This document shows positions 24,651 through 33,514 of a stretch of DNA of 33,556 nt, one piece after another. How positions within the stretch are numbered: position 1 is the stretch's first letter; each line of letters starts with the position of its first letter. Below the pieces are notes generated by a model. It was not told where the DNA came from. It was given only the letters and a program-made list of their open reading frames with translations, and made no database searches. The translations under genes and the position numbers were made by a program. Source of the DNA: a virus (lineage: Duplodnaviria; Caudoviricetes); IMG/VR virus record IMGVR_UViG_3300031949_001704, positions 1-33,556 of that record; one strand, written 5' to 3'.

Positions 24651-24753
24651 GATCTATCCTCCATTCCGTTCAGTGCGGTTCGTTGGAGGGCGCGCCCGGG
24701 CCGGATACCGTTGGGGTTTTCTCGAACGCCTCGCCGATATCCGACCCAGTCAA

Positions 24754-24784
24754 TACCTACCGGAAGCGACTCCGGACCGTCGGA
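24754..24784 (-). promoter_or_regulatory. Repeated bipartite promoter motif, copy 6
   Basis: TCCGACG-N14-CCGGTAGGTA right after the sigma gene stop. Confidence 0.7.
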
Positions 24785-24787
24785 CGG

Positions 24788-25375
24788 TCAGAGGTAGTCC
24801 TTCAGTCCGGCGTCCTCGAAGATCGCGCGCAGTTTCTTGATGGATTCGTAGATCGTACCCCGCGGAATCCCGGTGTCGCGGGAGATCTCGGTGACTGTAT
24901 CAGTATCTAAGCGCTCGCAAAGCTCCCGAAGCTCGGGCGGCAGTTTCTTGATTGCTTCGTAGACATCGAGAGATAGATCGCGCAACTCCGATGTGGGTCG
25001 TGAGGACTTGCCAGTACGGCGCAGGTAGTCCTCCTGGTTAATGGTCTCCATGCGCTCCACGGAGCCACCTTCTTCATCCTCGAACCGGTCGTTCAGGGAA
25101 CACCGGCAAAGCCGGTAATCCCTCATCCCGGCCTTCTGCGATTCGATAATAGTGGCGATCTTGTGCTCTACCACCCGGGCGATGAAGGTATTGCGCTGGG
25201 CACGTTTTGGATTGTACTTCGGCAGTCGTCGGAACAGGTCCAGCAGCATTTCCTGCTCCAGGTCCTCGCGGTCGGACTCTGTGAATCCGACCCGTCCGAC
25301 CAATTGTTTCGCCTTGTACTTGATTAGTTGAACGGCATATTCGCCGACTGCTTCGGGGTGATTGTCGAAACCCAT
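24788..25375 (-). CDS. ECF-like sigma-70 family RNA polymerase sigma factor
   Basis: Region 2-like DREDLEQEMLL...KYNPKR...TFIARVV; region 4 AIKKLPPELRE...TVTEISRDTGIPRGTIYESIKKLR; GAGGAGG RBS. Confidence 0.85.
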   Translation of the reverse strand: MGFDNHPEAVGEYAVQLIKYKAKQLVGRVGFTESDREDLEQEMLLDLFRRLPKYNPKRAQRNTFIARVVEHKIATIIESQKAGMRDYRLCRCSLNDRFEDEEGGSVERMETINQEDYLRRTGKSSRPTSELRDLSLDVYEAIKKLPPELRELCERLDTDTVTEISRDTGIPRGTIYESIKKLRAIFEDAGLKDYL

Positions 25376-25380
25376 TGGGA

Positions 25381-25495
25381 CCTCCTCGTGGCCGAGGGGG
25401 CGTGGGTGCCGACGGAAGCAGTGACCACTATAAGAAGAGGCGTCGCAGGTTCACCGCGTCAGCGGCACCCACAACGCCTCCACTTCGTGGCCGGT
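25381..25495 (-). promoter_or_regulatory. Structured 5' leader of the sigma gene
   Basis: Mutually exclusive stems and an RBS-covering hairpin (see findings). Confidence 0.5.
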
Positions 25496-25549
25496 TAGTT
25501 GTCAGGCAGCGAAAAGCTTCATTTATTATTGGGGAGCCAACCCCCGCTC

Positions 25550-25888
25550 TCAGGCAGTGTTCTCCTCGAAGATCATCTTGAAAGGAAGACCGTGCTTGAC
25601 TTCAAGAGAGTGGATTACTCCGTTTCCCAATGCTTCGACCTGCGCGAAGAAATCGCGCACTTGAGCCTTGAGCACGAAGTCCTGTTTGGTGGCCTCCGGT
25701 CGCGGACCGTTTTCCGCGCAGAACTTTATCTCTCGGACCACGCGCGGCGGCGGATCAAGAACCAACTCGCCGTTGCGGATGACAATCCGCTCGATGCGGC
25801 CGAAGTTGATGTGTTGCATCAACTCTGTTAGCTGCGTCTTCGGTAGTGAGAGGCAAGACTTGGTGGTGTCACGATTGGTCTCCTGCAT
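25550..25888 (-). CDS. Hypothetical protein
   Basis: AAGGAG RBS; LMQHINFGRIE...LEVKHGLPF. Confidence 0.7.
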   Translation of the reverse strand: MQETNRDTTKSCLSLPKTQLTELMQHINFGRIERIVIRNGELVLDPPPRVVREIKFCAENGPRPEATKQDFVLKAQVRDFFAQVEALGNGVIHSLEVKHGLPFKMIFEENTA

Positions 25889-26079
25889 ATCACTCCTTCG
25901 GTATGAGGGTGGTCACAAGAGCGACGCACTGTGCGCCGACTCGCTACCCTCTGGAGCTGTTGCAGGAATTGATGGTGGGAAGTATGGAAGCGCCCGCAAC
26001 TCGGTGAGCGCTCGTGTGTTAAGTCATGCCGTATGATAATTGCAGTTGCAGCAAGACAAGCCAACTGCAAGAGATAAGG

Positions 26080-27018
26080 CTACCCCTTGAACTTCATGAC
26101 TTGTTCAAGGTCGTCGGCAGCCTTCCACAGAATGGCGATTTCCTTATCCGACGGATCATTGATAGCGCGGGAGACCGATGACTCGTGGATGTTTAGTTGC
26201 GCGGCAAGCTGTTTCTGGGATGGCCGAGGCAACAGAGCGGAGCCAAGCCCGCGATCACGTGAATTGAAGGCATGATCACGTGCCGCCCGAAGGTGTTCTC
26301 TCAGCGCCTGCCTAATGGCATCGATAGTAGCTGCGCGCGATGCGCGCTTTTTTGGTTTCTTCTTGGCAACCTCTGCGATCTCAACGACCAGTTGACGCTC
26401 AATGCCGTCAACATCAACGGCAATGCCCTTGTCGCAGAGACCAATTACAGTTCGCAACTCGATGACGGACTCACAGGGTACTTGCAGAAGGTCTTCGTCA
26501 GGAGGCTGTCCAAGGAAGAAGATGACCGGTGAGCGCCCCTTTGGCAACACATCGGCAAGCTGCGCTGCGTCGGGCCATGCCAGCCCTCTGGCTGCCCAGA
26601 TAGTCCTCGACTTCCCTACAAGGGCCACGCGTCCCAGATTCCAGACTCGGCTCGGGGACACTTCCGCGATACCCGCCGATGCCGACAATGCCAACGATAG
26701 GGAGGTGAGAAGCGGAAGATAGTCCACGGTCCATTGTATCAAACGTTCGCGCGGCACCTCGACTCGACCGTTTTCCGGACACGTAATGAAGAACCGGGTC
26801 ACATGCTCCGGATATACAATCCGGTCCACTTCTTCAACGTGTCCTTCCGCACAAGCATCGCAGACTACGTGCGTCGCAGTAGCTGCTTGCCTAACAAGGC
26901 CAAGCCCCACCAAGCGGTCAAGATCATGGCGCGAGATCGCCGACATGTCTTCCAAAACAAGCGCTGGAGACGGATTATCTGCGCAGCACCAAAGAAGGTC
27001 AAGTGGGTCACGCGACAT
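26080..27018 (-). CDS. Hypothetical protein with CxxC/CP zinc-ribbon-like motif and C-terminal HTH
   Basis: CDAC...CPENG; PSQKQLAAQLNIHESSVSRAI. Confidence 0.65.
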   Translation of the reverse strand: MSRDPLDLLWCCADNPSPALVLEDMSAISRHDLDRLVGLGLVRQAATATHVVCDACAEGHVEEVDRIVYPEHVTRFFITCPENGRVEVPRERLIQWTVDYLPLLTSLSLALSASAGIAEVSPSRVWNLGRVALVGKSRTIWAARGLAWPDAAQLADVLPKGRSPVIFFLGQPPDEDLLQVPCESVIELRTVIGLCDKGIAVDVDGIERQLVVEIAEVAKKKPKKRASRAATIDAIRQALREHLRAARDHAFNSRDRGLGSALLPRPSQKQLAAQLNIHESSVSRAINDPSDKEIAILWKAADDLEQVMKFKG

Positions 27019-28183
27019 CGATCTTCCACCTCTTGAGATATTTTTCGCCGAGAAGCCGTAGTTCTTCGCGCTTACTCTTCAGGTCGCATGAGTTCGGATA
27101 GGTAACACTGAACACGAGGGAGTTGCTACGGGCACTTCCATTGAGCTTGAAGCTGAGTGTGGCCTTGGTCACATGCAAGATCGACTTCGGCAATCGCTTG
27201 CGGTTCAGGTCCTCCTCCAGCATATCATGGATGTGGTCTGCCCCCTTCTGTGGATCAGGCTCCAGTGTGATGCGCCTGCGCCGCCGCCCCAGGATCGAAA
27301 GACGTAGACATTTGATAGAGACCTCCTCGATACCGTCTTCCGGATCAGTCGGAAACGGGAAACTCCGTTCCATGAGGCCATCGAGCTGATACGGTCTCAC
27401 GTTTGGGTCTTCAGGGGCAAGATGCTCGCCGAGGATGATTCTGCAGAACACACTCTGGAGTGGTTCGACGACCTTCTTGCCGCCTTTGGCATACATCTCA
27501 AGCGTGGCTGAGTCGTGGTCATATGCGAATACCACTTCAAAGGCCCGCCGTTCGAGCGTCCGCTGGAAGTTGCCGGCGTCGTCGAAATTGATGTAAGTAT
27601 TCGCGTAGTCACTCAGGTACACGAAGTAATAGTGGTGATTGCTGCCGCGCGGGAAGTAATCGACTCTGCAGTGGTGTCCTCGCCCTTGGCGGTCACGGTA
27701 GAAGGCCGACATCGCATCCTGCAGCGCCCGCAAGGCTTCGGCATCTGTCTTAGGCTTTGCCATGGGCATGTTGCCACGCTTTATCCAAGATCGCCCACCG
27801 GAGAGACTGTCCGCTTTGGCGAACCGGATAGCCGGTTCCCAGATGTTCGGCCGGTTCATGAAGCACCAGATTGCCTTGTCATAGCGGCTGTCCATGGAAT
27901 CAAGGACGGAAGACAAGTCCTCTCCGCCGTACTGCCCCTCCTCGATAATCACTCGTAGTCCGTCCTCGTTCGCCATCGAGTGGACATCGTGGAAAACGAT
28001 CTCTATGACTTTGCGCGGCCTTTCCGGCAGAAGCTGCCAGGCGTCAAAGATACCGTCTATTTGGGTATTTGAGAACACGTCCCATTCGACGTCGAGTGGA
28101 TTTCCTTGATGTTCGAAAAACTCCCTGAGCAACGGGTTCGAAACCTGTCGCAGAACCCGTTTGGGATTGAATTGTTGAACCAT
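27008..28183 (-). CDS. Hypothetical protein
   Basis: 391-aa ORF with AAGGAG RBS, overlapping the next gene. Confidence 0.7.
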   Translation of the reverse strand: MVQQFNPKRVLRQVSNPLLREFFEHQGNPLDVEWDVFSNTQIDGIFDAWQLLPERPRKVIEIVFHDVHSMANEDGLRVIIEEGQYGGEDLSSVLDSMDSRYDKAIWCFMNRPNIWEPAIRFAKADSLSGGRSWIKRGNMPMAKPKTDAEALRALQDAMSAFYRDRQGRGHHCRVDYFPRGSNHHYYFVYLSDYANTYINFDDAGNFQRTLERRAFEVVFAYDHDSATLEMYAKGGKKVVEPLQSVFCRIILGEHLAPEDPNVRPYQLDGLMERSFPFPTDPEDGIEEVSIKCLRLSILGRRRRRITLEPDPQKGADHIHDMLEEDLNRKRLPKSILHVTKATLSFKLNGSARSNSLVFSVTYPNSCDLKSKREELRLLGEKYLKRWKIDVA

Positions 28184-28222
28184 AGTTTCAATCTCCTTAT
28201 ACTATATACTATGTGTAACTAG

Positions 28223-28249
28223 TGGCCTAAACACTAAACGTTTAGGCCA
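28223..28249. promoter_or_regulatory. Palindromic putative operator
   Basis: TGGCCTAAAC-ACTAAAC-GTTTAGGCCA; ACTAAACG recurs at ~30120 in the promoter region of the repressor operon. Confidence 0.45.
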
Positions 28250-28267
28250 AAAAAAAGAGAAACCACC

Positions 28268-28564
28268 TTACGACCGCCGCCGCTTGGTCTTTGACAGATT
28301 CGTTACGGTGACGTTCATGTTCTTCTGCCGGGCGCGTTCTACGGCCAGGTCCATATCTGATTGCGGGACGCGCAATATCTTCTGCTTGTTAGCCTGCGTC
28401 GACAATCGAGATAGCGCCTGATCGATCTTCCTTGGAGTGCCGCCGCGTTCGACTTCAATGGCGGTAGCGCCGAGAATAGCATCAAGTCTGCGTCCGCCAG
28501 AGATGGGCACCTCCGTGCGTGCGGCCCTTCCCTTGCCCAGTTTGTGAGATCTGCTTTCTGACAT
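28268..28564 (-). CDS. Small basic protein, possible PD-(D/E)XK-like fold
   Basis: AGGAGG RBS; TEVP...RLDA...AIEVER motif. Confidence 0.6.
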   Translation of the reverse strand: MSESRSHKLGKGRAARTEVPISGGRRLDAILGATAIEVERGGTPRKIDQALSRLSTQANKQKILRVPQSDMDLAVERARQKNMNVTVTNLSKTKRRRS

Positions 28565-28591
28565 GATAATGTCCTCCTACAAGAATTACGG

Positions 28592-29296
28592 TTAAAGGGT
28601 AAAGAGACCAGGCCCCGGTTGCTTGGTCTTGATCAGCCCGAGCCCAATCAAACGAATCTGCATTGCCTGCCCCGAAACGTTGAACTTGCCAGCAAGTTCA
28701 CGAGCGCAGTCCACTGTCGGCAGTTCATCCTCAGCCAATCCCCATTTCGCCGAAAGGTCGGCCATCTCATCCTCAGCGATGTAGGGAGTCCTGCTGCCGT
28801 GCAATGATTCCCAGGCCCTGAATACCATGTCCTTTGGCATTAACAAGAAACCGGAGAAAGTGTCTGCCTGCCATTCAATTGGCTCCTTGCGAGAGCAAGT
28901 GCGACACACTATTGATGGCTGTTCACTTTTGCCGAATAGGGAAGTCTGATCCTGGTTTTGCATGAAAAGGTGGCGGTGTAACTCCCAGTGCCCAACCTCA
29001 TGTGCGACCGTAAAACGGTAGCGGCCTTCCTTTGATGGATTCTCAGTCGGATCGAGTGACTGATCAATCAATACACGTCGATCCTGGACCCACGTAGCGC
29101 CAAGCACGTCCGACAGGCCGAGTTGCTCGACCAGATCGTCAAAACCCAGGCTAAGCTCCAAGTGTGCTTCAAGGATTTCCTCGACCGGGATCGGCGGTTT
29201 CTCAACGACACCGTATTCCTGGCCATACTCCCCAAGCAGCTGCAGAGTCGCCCCTTCGATTTTGTCCATGGGTAAGAACTTGACCTTGGTCATCAC
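28592..29296 (-). CDS. ImmA/IrrE-family metallopeptidase (anti-repressor)
   Basis: RFTVAHEVGH (HExxH), EWQADTFSGFLLMP, FNVSGQAMQIRL. Confidence 0.9.
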   Translation of the reverse strand: MMTKVKFLPMDKIEGATLQLLGEYGQEYGVVEKPPIPVEEILEAHLELSLGFDDLVEQLGLSDVLGATWVQDRRVLIDQSLDPTENPSKEGRYRFTVAHEVGHWELHRHLFMQNQDQTSLFGKSEQPSIVCRTCSRKEPIEWQADTFSGFLLMPKDMVFRAWESLHGSRTPYIAEDEMADLSAKWGLAEDELPTVDCARELAGKFNVSGQAMQIRLIGLGLIKTKQPGPGLFTL

Positions 29297-29307
29297 CGCC
29301 TCGCGTA

Positions 29308-29673
29308 CTACTTCTCTTTCTTCTTCTGGACCTGCTCCGCAAGCTCACGAAGCTGTTTGTCGGACATCCCCCGCGTACTCCTGAGCAGATCGGGCAGCAC
29401 GGAAGGCCTATTACGGATAATCTCGCTCAGTTCCGGATCGACCCGCCCCGCAAGTGCCAGTAATTCGTCCGGGTCAACGTCAAGGAGTTCAGCCATTCTC
29501 ATGATCTTCTCTGGTCTTGGCGGGTCGAACTCACCGCGCTCCACTTTGCTTAGAAACGTCGGACTAATGCCAACGGCATCGGCGAACTTCCTCAATGTGA
29601 AATTCGGGTCTGTTTTGGCCTTCGCTTTTCGAATTTCACGGAGGTGATCACCGAATTTCTTGTTTCCTGCCAT
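29308..29673 (-). CDS. XRE-family HTH repressor (ImmR-like)
   Basis: FGDHLREIR...TLRKFADAVGISPTFLSKVERG; ATG 29673. Confidence 0.88.
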   Translation of the reverse strand: MAGNKKFGDHLREIRKAKAKTDPNFTLRKFADAVGISPTFLSKVERGEFDPPRPEKIMRMAELLDVDPDELLALAGRVDPELSEIIRNRPSVLPDLLRSTRGMSDKQLRELAEQVQKKKEK

Positions 29674-29692
29674 GACCGCACTCTCCGTTTGA

Positions 29693-30061
29693 TTAGTTTC
29701 CAATGCCAAGCAAGGGCAATCCCTTTGGCGTTGCCGCGTCAAGGATCAAGTGACTGACGTAGGCTGCCGATGCCACCACCGTCGCCATTTTCTGTTCAGG
29801 AGTCATATGCGTCGACTTCAAGGCTCTCTTGTTTGCGTATGCAATCCCGAGCAGCAGTGCAACGCTATGAAAAGGACCTCGGTGATTGGGAAGTAGGGCT
29901 GGTTCGAGAACATCAGCACTGATCCCGACAACAGCTCCGCATCCTATTGCGGCTGTCACTCCTCCCAGGGTCCAGTCCTCATTTCGAAACCGCTTGACCA
30001 AGCCATAAATGGCCAGCCCGGTAAGCGCTCCAACTGCGGCATGTGTGCTTCCATTCGCCAA
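29693..30061 (-). CDS. YdjM-like membrane-bound metal-dependent hydrolase
   Basis: TH...D...HRGPFHS...SHLILDAATPKGLPL. Confidence 0.8.
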   Translation of the reverse strand: MANGSTHAAVGALTGLAIYGLVKRFRNEDWTLGGVTAAIGCGAVVGISADVLEPALLPNHRGPFHSVALLLGIAYANKRALKSTHMTPEQKMATVVASAAYVSHLILDAATPKGLPLLGIGN

Positions 30062-30264
30062 TACTGATTCTCCTTAATCTAAATACGCCATCTGGCGCGC
30101 TGTATTCCGTGTACTTGATACTAAACGGCGGAAGCTTTGTCAACACATTTTTCCGATGAAGCAGAAAGGAAGACGGGTGGCCGTGTAACACAATGTGCGC
30201 TATGAGGGTACGGGGGGCGAAGTGACGGGGTGCCGGGAAATGGTGAGACGCGCAGCGGGAAAGG

Positions 30265-30723
30265 CTATTGACGGGATTGGGAGCGATCCTTGACCAGCTT
30301 CTCCCACATCTTGCGCTGGCGGTGCCAGTGGGGGACGGCAGCGATAGGACGGACATCTCTTTCCTTGATCGGGTCACGGCCTGTAGTGGTCCGGGGGAGA
30401 AACAGGATTTCCTCTTGGATGTCCGGAGCGAGGTTTAAGAGACTCATGATCTGTGTGATACGTGCGCGTGTCACGTAACCCAGGCGGGCGAGGTCGGCAT
30501 AATCACTCACCTCTTTGTTGCGGATCAGGTCGGCGAACCGAATCGCCAGCGCCATCAATCGTGAGAGACGGGGCACATTGCCGGCCTCGACGTTCCGCCT
30601 TCCAGAATCCGGCTCTAATGCCCGTTTCACGCTGGATTGGTTCCCCCTCTTGGGTCGGAAGGTCCAGGTCACTTCCAAAGCACTGGAGCCTGGATCGTTC
30701 TCAGTCACATTGTCATGCTTCAT
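30265..30723 (-). CDS. Recombinase-associated protein with HTH-like motif
   Basis: YADLARLGYVTRARITQIMSLLNLAPDIQEEIL; overlaps the recombinase stop. Confidence 0.7.
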   Translation of the reverse strand: MKHDNVTENDPGSSALEVTWTFRPKRGNQSSVKRALEPDSGRRNVEAGNVPRLSRLMALAIRFADLIRNKEVSDYADLARLGYVTRARITQIMSLLNLAPDIQEEILFLPRTTTGRDPIKERDVRPIAAVPHWHRQRKMWEKLVKDRSQSRQ

Positions 30724-32327
30724 CGTAATCTCTCCCCGATGGATAGGTCTTTTCTTTCGCAGAGTGCCTTGATGCCGAGCGACCGGAATGTCACCTTTAC
30801 ACTCCCATCTCTGCCGTCGTATCCGATGCGCTCGATAAGAAGCTTGATGATCCGAGATTGCTCCCGAGAATTCAGGGACTCCCAGACTGGCTTGAAGGCG
30901 GACAGGGACCGTGCTACGTCCTCTTCGTCAACTGCTTCCCTCTGCAGTGTGATGATCTCCTCTTCGATCTCAGTCATCCGTTGTTCGGCGCTACGAATCT
31001 GATCCTGGAGATCGGCCAGTTGGTCAATCGCGGGGCCATCGACTGAAATCCTTGCCGGTTCCCCGATGAGCTTCAGCAGTCTTAGATGTAGACGCCTAAG
31101 TTGTTTCTTCTGGATGAGTCGTTCTCGGTTCAGGTCCGCCAGACGGTTTTCCGTCTTTGCCCGGACCCGCTTCACCGTCTCTGCGATAATCTCCTGGTTT
31201 GAGCCGATCCCATGAATATGCTCAACGATGAATGACTCGATGTCGTGGGCGTTGATAGATTTGGTGGGGCATGCCGACCACCCTCGCTGCTGGGCATTGA
31301 GGCAGACGTAATAGCGGTAGCGTCGGTTCCCCTTGGCGGTGTGGGTGTGCATCATGGCGGTACCGCAGGGGATGCAATAGAGCAGCCCTCTCAGAATCGC
31401 TCCGTGCTTGCTGGGCATTTCCGCCCCGCCGCTGCGAGCGTTCTTCCGCAACAGGTCCCGGACTTTCTGCCACCGGTCCTCGCTGATGATCTGTTCGTGT
31501 TCTCCGGGATAAGCTGAATCCTTGTATCTTACCTTTCCGGTATAGACGACATTAGTTAGCAGACGGAACAGGCCATTCTTGGTGAACGGCTTGCCTCCAC
31601 GCTCATGTCCTTTCTTGGTAATCCAGTGTTTCGTGCGCCAGTCACGTCGGTTGAGTTCCTGCACGACCATGAGTAGTCTTTCATGCTCGAGATACAAGTC
31701 GAAAATCGCACGAACCCGTTCAGCCTCCTCCGGGTTGATGACTAGCCGACCAGCTCGTGAGTCAACATCATAACCCAACACCGGCATCCCACCGGTCCAT
31801 TTGCCCCTCCTTCTGGCTGCTGAGATCTTATCGCGAGTGCGCTCTGAGATAATCTCCCGCTCGAACTGAGCGAAGGACAGCAGGATGTTCAACGTGAGCC
31901 GACCCATGGAACTGGTCGTGTTGAACTGCTGGGTGACCGAGACGAAACTCACACCGTGTTTGTCGAAAAGTCCCATGATCCGAGAGAAATCGAGAAGCGA
32001 GCGACTCAAGCGATCCACCTTGTAGACCACTACGCAATCAATCTCTCCTCTTTCGATGTCGGAGAAGAGTCGCTTGAGCGCCGGGCGTTCCATGTTACCG
32101 CCGGTGAAACCGCCGTCGTTGTAAGCATCGGGTTGACAAACCCAACCCTCATGCTGTTGGCTCTTGATGAACGATTCGGCCGACTCCCGCTGAGCATCCA
32201 GGCTGTTGAACTCCTGGTCAAGCCCTTCATCTGTAGACTTACGGGTATATATCGCACATCGGACAATCCCATTGTTGCCCGGGCATATACTTCCTGACGG
32301 GGAATAAGCCTGACTTCCGGATTTCAT
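30720..32327 (-). CDS. Large serine recombinase (integrase)
   Basis: CAIYTRKST catalytic Ser, YKVDRLSRS, recombinase domain, zinc ribbon CIPC...YYVC...C, coiled coil. Confidence 0.95.
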   Translation of the reverse strand: MKSGSQAYSPSGSICPGNNGIVRCAIYTRKSTDEGLDQEFNSLDAQRESAESFIKSQQHEGWVCQPDAYNDGGFTGGNMERPALKRLFSDIERGEIDCVVVYKVDRLSRSLLDFSRIMGLFDKHGVSFVSVTQQFNTTSSMGRLTLNILLSFAQFEREIISERTRDKISAARRRGKWTGGMPVLGYDVDSRAGRLVINPEEAERVRAIFDLYLEHERLLMVVQELNRRDWRTKHWITKKGHERGGKPFTKNGLFRLLTNVVYTGKVRYKDSAYPGEHEQIISEDRWQKVRDLLRKNARSGGAEMPSKHGAILRGLLYCIPCGTAMMHTHTAKGNRRYRYYVCLNAQQRGWSACPTKSINAHDIESFIVEHIHGIGSNQEIIAETVKRVRAKTENRLADLNRERLIQKKQLRRLHLRLLKLIGEPARISVDGPAIDQLADLQDQIRSAEQRMTEIEEEIITLQREAVDEEDVARSLSAFKPVWESLNSREQSRIIKLLIERIGYDGRDGSVKVTFRSLGIKALCERKDLSIGERLR

Positions 32328-32869
32328 TCCTGTTCGTCCCTCCTCTCGGCTGCATGGCGTCCGCTATCACGTACTCTGCTTCCGGTGAGCCCGAAAAAGA
32401 CGAAACCATTCCACTTGTTGCCCGTTACCTCACATGCGATAGCACTGAGTGATTTGAAGCGGCGATCTTCGTACTCGAAGCCCTCGTCAAGGACCTTGAC
32501 AACAATGGTCTTGTCTTTGAACTCGCGCACAAGAAGCGTGCCCGGTAATGGCAGTCGGGAATCACGGGAGGGGCTGAGTCGCCCGCCTATCGTCCTGCTG
32601 CGCATCTCGGCCGACCCGTACTTGTATGGATCGCGGGGAGTGCGGATTCTCAGGTCAGCGTCATTTGCCAGTTCTTCTGCCCGGCGACGAGCCCGTTCGG
32701 ATAGGTCGCCTTCCGACAGGGACTGTAGTCGCCAGGCGATACGTTTGCGCAGGAACTCCCGGTGGTAGGAACGTGTCTCCTCACCGAAAACGTCCAAGTA
32801 CTTCTCCCGCAGCTCCCCAACGGTCATCCTGCTTAAATCCTGGACCTCCTTGTAAGTCTCTATGTTCAT
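32324..32869 (-). CDS. DUF2924 protein
   Basis: LRKRIAWRLQ, PGTLLVREF, SLSAIACEVTGNKWNGFVFFGL; GGAGG RBS before ATG 32869. Confidence 0.88.
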   Translation of the reverse strand: MNIETYKEVQDLSRMTVGELREKYLDVFGEETRSYHREFLRKRIAWRLQSLSEGDLSERARRRAEELANDADLRIRTPRDPYKYGSAEMRSRTIGGRLSPSRDSRLPLPGTLLVREFKDKTIVVKVLDEGFEYEDRRFKSLSAIACEVTGNKWNGFVFFGLTGSRVRDSGRHAAERRDEQE

Positions 32870-32894
32870 GTTCAAACCTCCATTCTTCGAAGCG

Positions 32895-33122
32895 CTAAGT
32901 TGCCTCTGAATGAAGGCTTCGGCGGTCAGAACTATCAAGGCGATTCTCCGTAAACGGCTCAGATTCTTTGACTTGCGCTACATCGTCGGTGGTCCTCAAG
33001 TGGTCAGAAGACTCGGATGTGCGCCTTAACTTGAGATATCTAAAACAACCTCCGGCCAGGATCGAGGCGATCTCGGTTGCGACCTCGTCTGGTTCCGTTG
33101 GTAGGCGATCATCGTTATCCAT
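32895..33122 (-). CDS. Small hypothetical protein
   Basis: GGAGG RBS before ATG 33122; EIASILAGG motif; preceded by the promoter motif. Confidence 0.5.
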   Translation of the reverse strand: MDNDDRLPTEPDEVATEIASILAGGCFRYLKLRRTSESSDHLRTTDDVAQVKESEPFTENRLDSSDRRSLHSEAT

Positions 33123-33213
33123 GTGTTCCTCCGTCGCAGGGGAGGCACGGGACCATCCCGCTGTCTGGTTGGCGATATCTTGCCGGGCCAACTGTCGGTC
33201 CAGCATCCACCGA

Positions 33214-33244
33214 TACCTACCGGAGATATTCTCAGACTGTCGGA
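33214..33244 (-). promoter_or_regulatory. Repeated bipartite promoter motif, copy 7
   Basis: TCCGACA-N14-CCGGTAGGTA upstream of the DUF2924-recombinase operon. Confidence 0.7.
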
Positions 33245-33445
33245 GCGGGTCAGTCAGAATCCACCGACCTGTTAACCAGCGGGAATCTGAAAATGGAGAA
33301 ACGGAGAATTAGGAGGAGATTCTCGCGGGCATCGGGTGCATCCGCCCCAGTTCGATTCTCACCCCGGAAGGAACGTCTCGGAATGGAGAAGCAAGGAAGA
33401 TGTACGGAAGAGCGTAACCCCGCACAGCTCAAACAGAAACAACAG

Positions 33446-33473
33446 AACCCCGACCGGCTGTTCCGTCGGGGTT
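33446..33473 (-). terminator. Probable intrinsic terminator downstream of the tRNA
   Basis: AACCCCGAC/GTCGGGGTT 9-bp stem followed on the minus strand by CTGTTGTTT. Confidence 0.55.
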
Positions 33474-33514
33474 TGGTGTTAAACAAAATCTGCCAGAGTT
33501 GGCGGATTGAAATT

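Noticed and set aside
28223-28256. Hairpin as an intrinsic terminator
   Set aside because: On the transcribed minus strand the T-run precedes the stem rather than following it; an operator is more plausible
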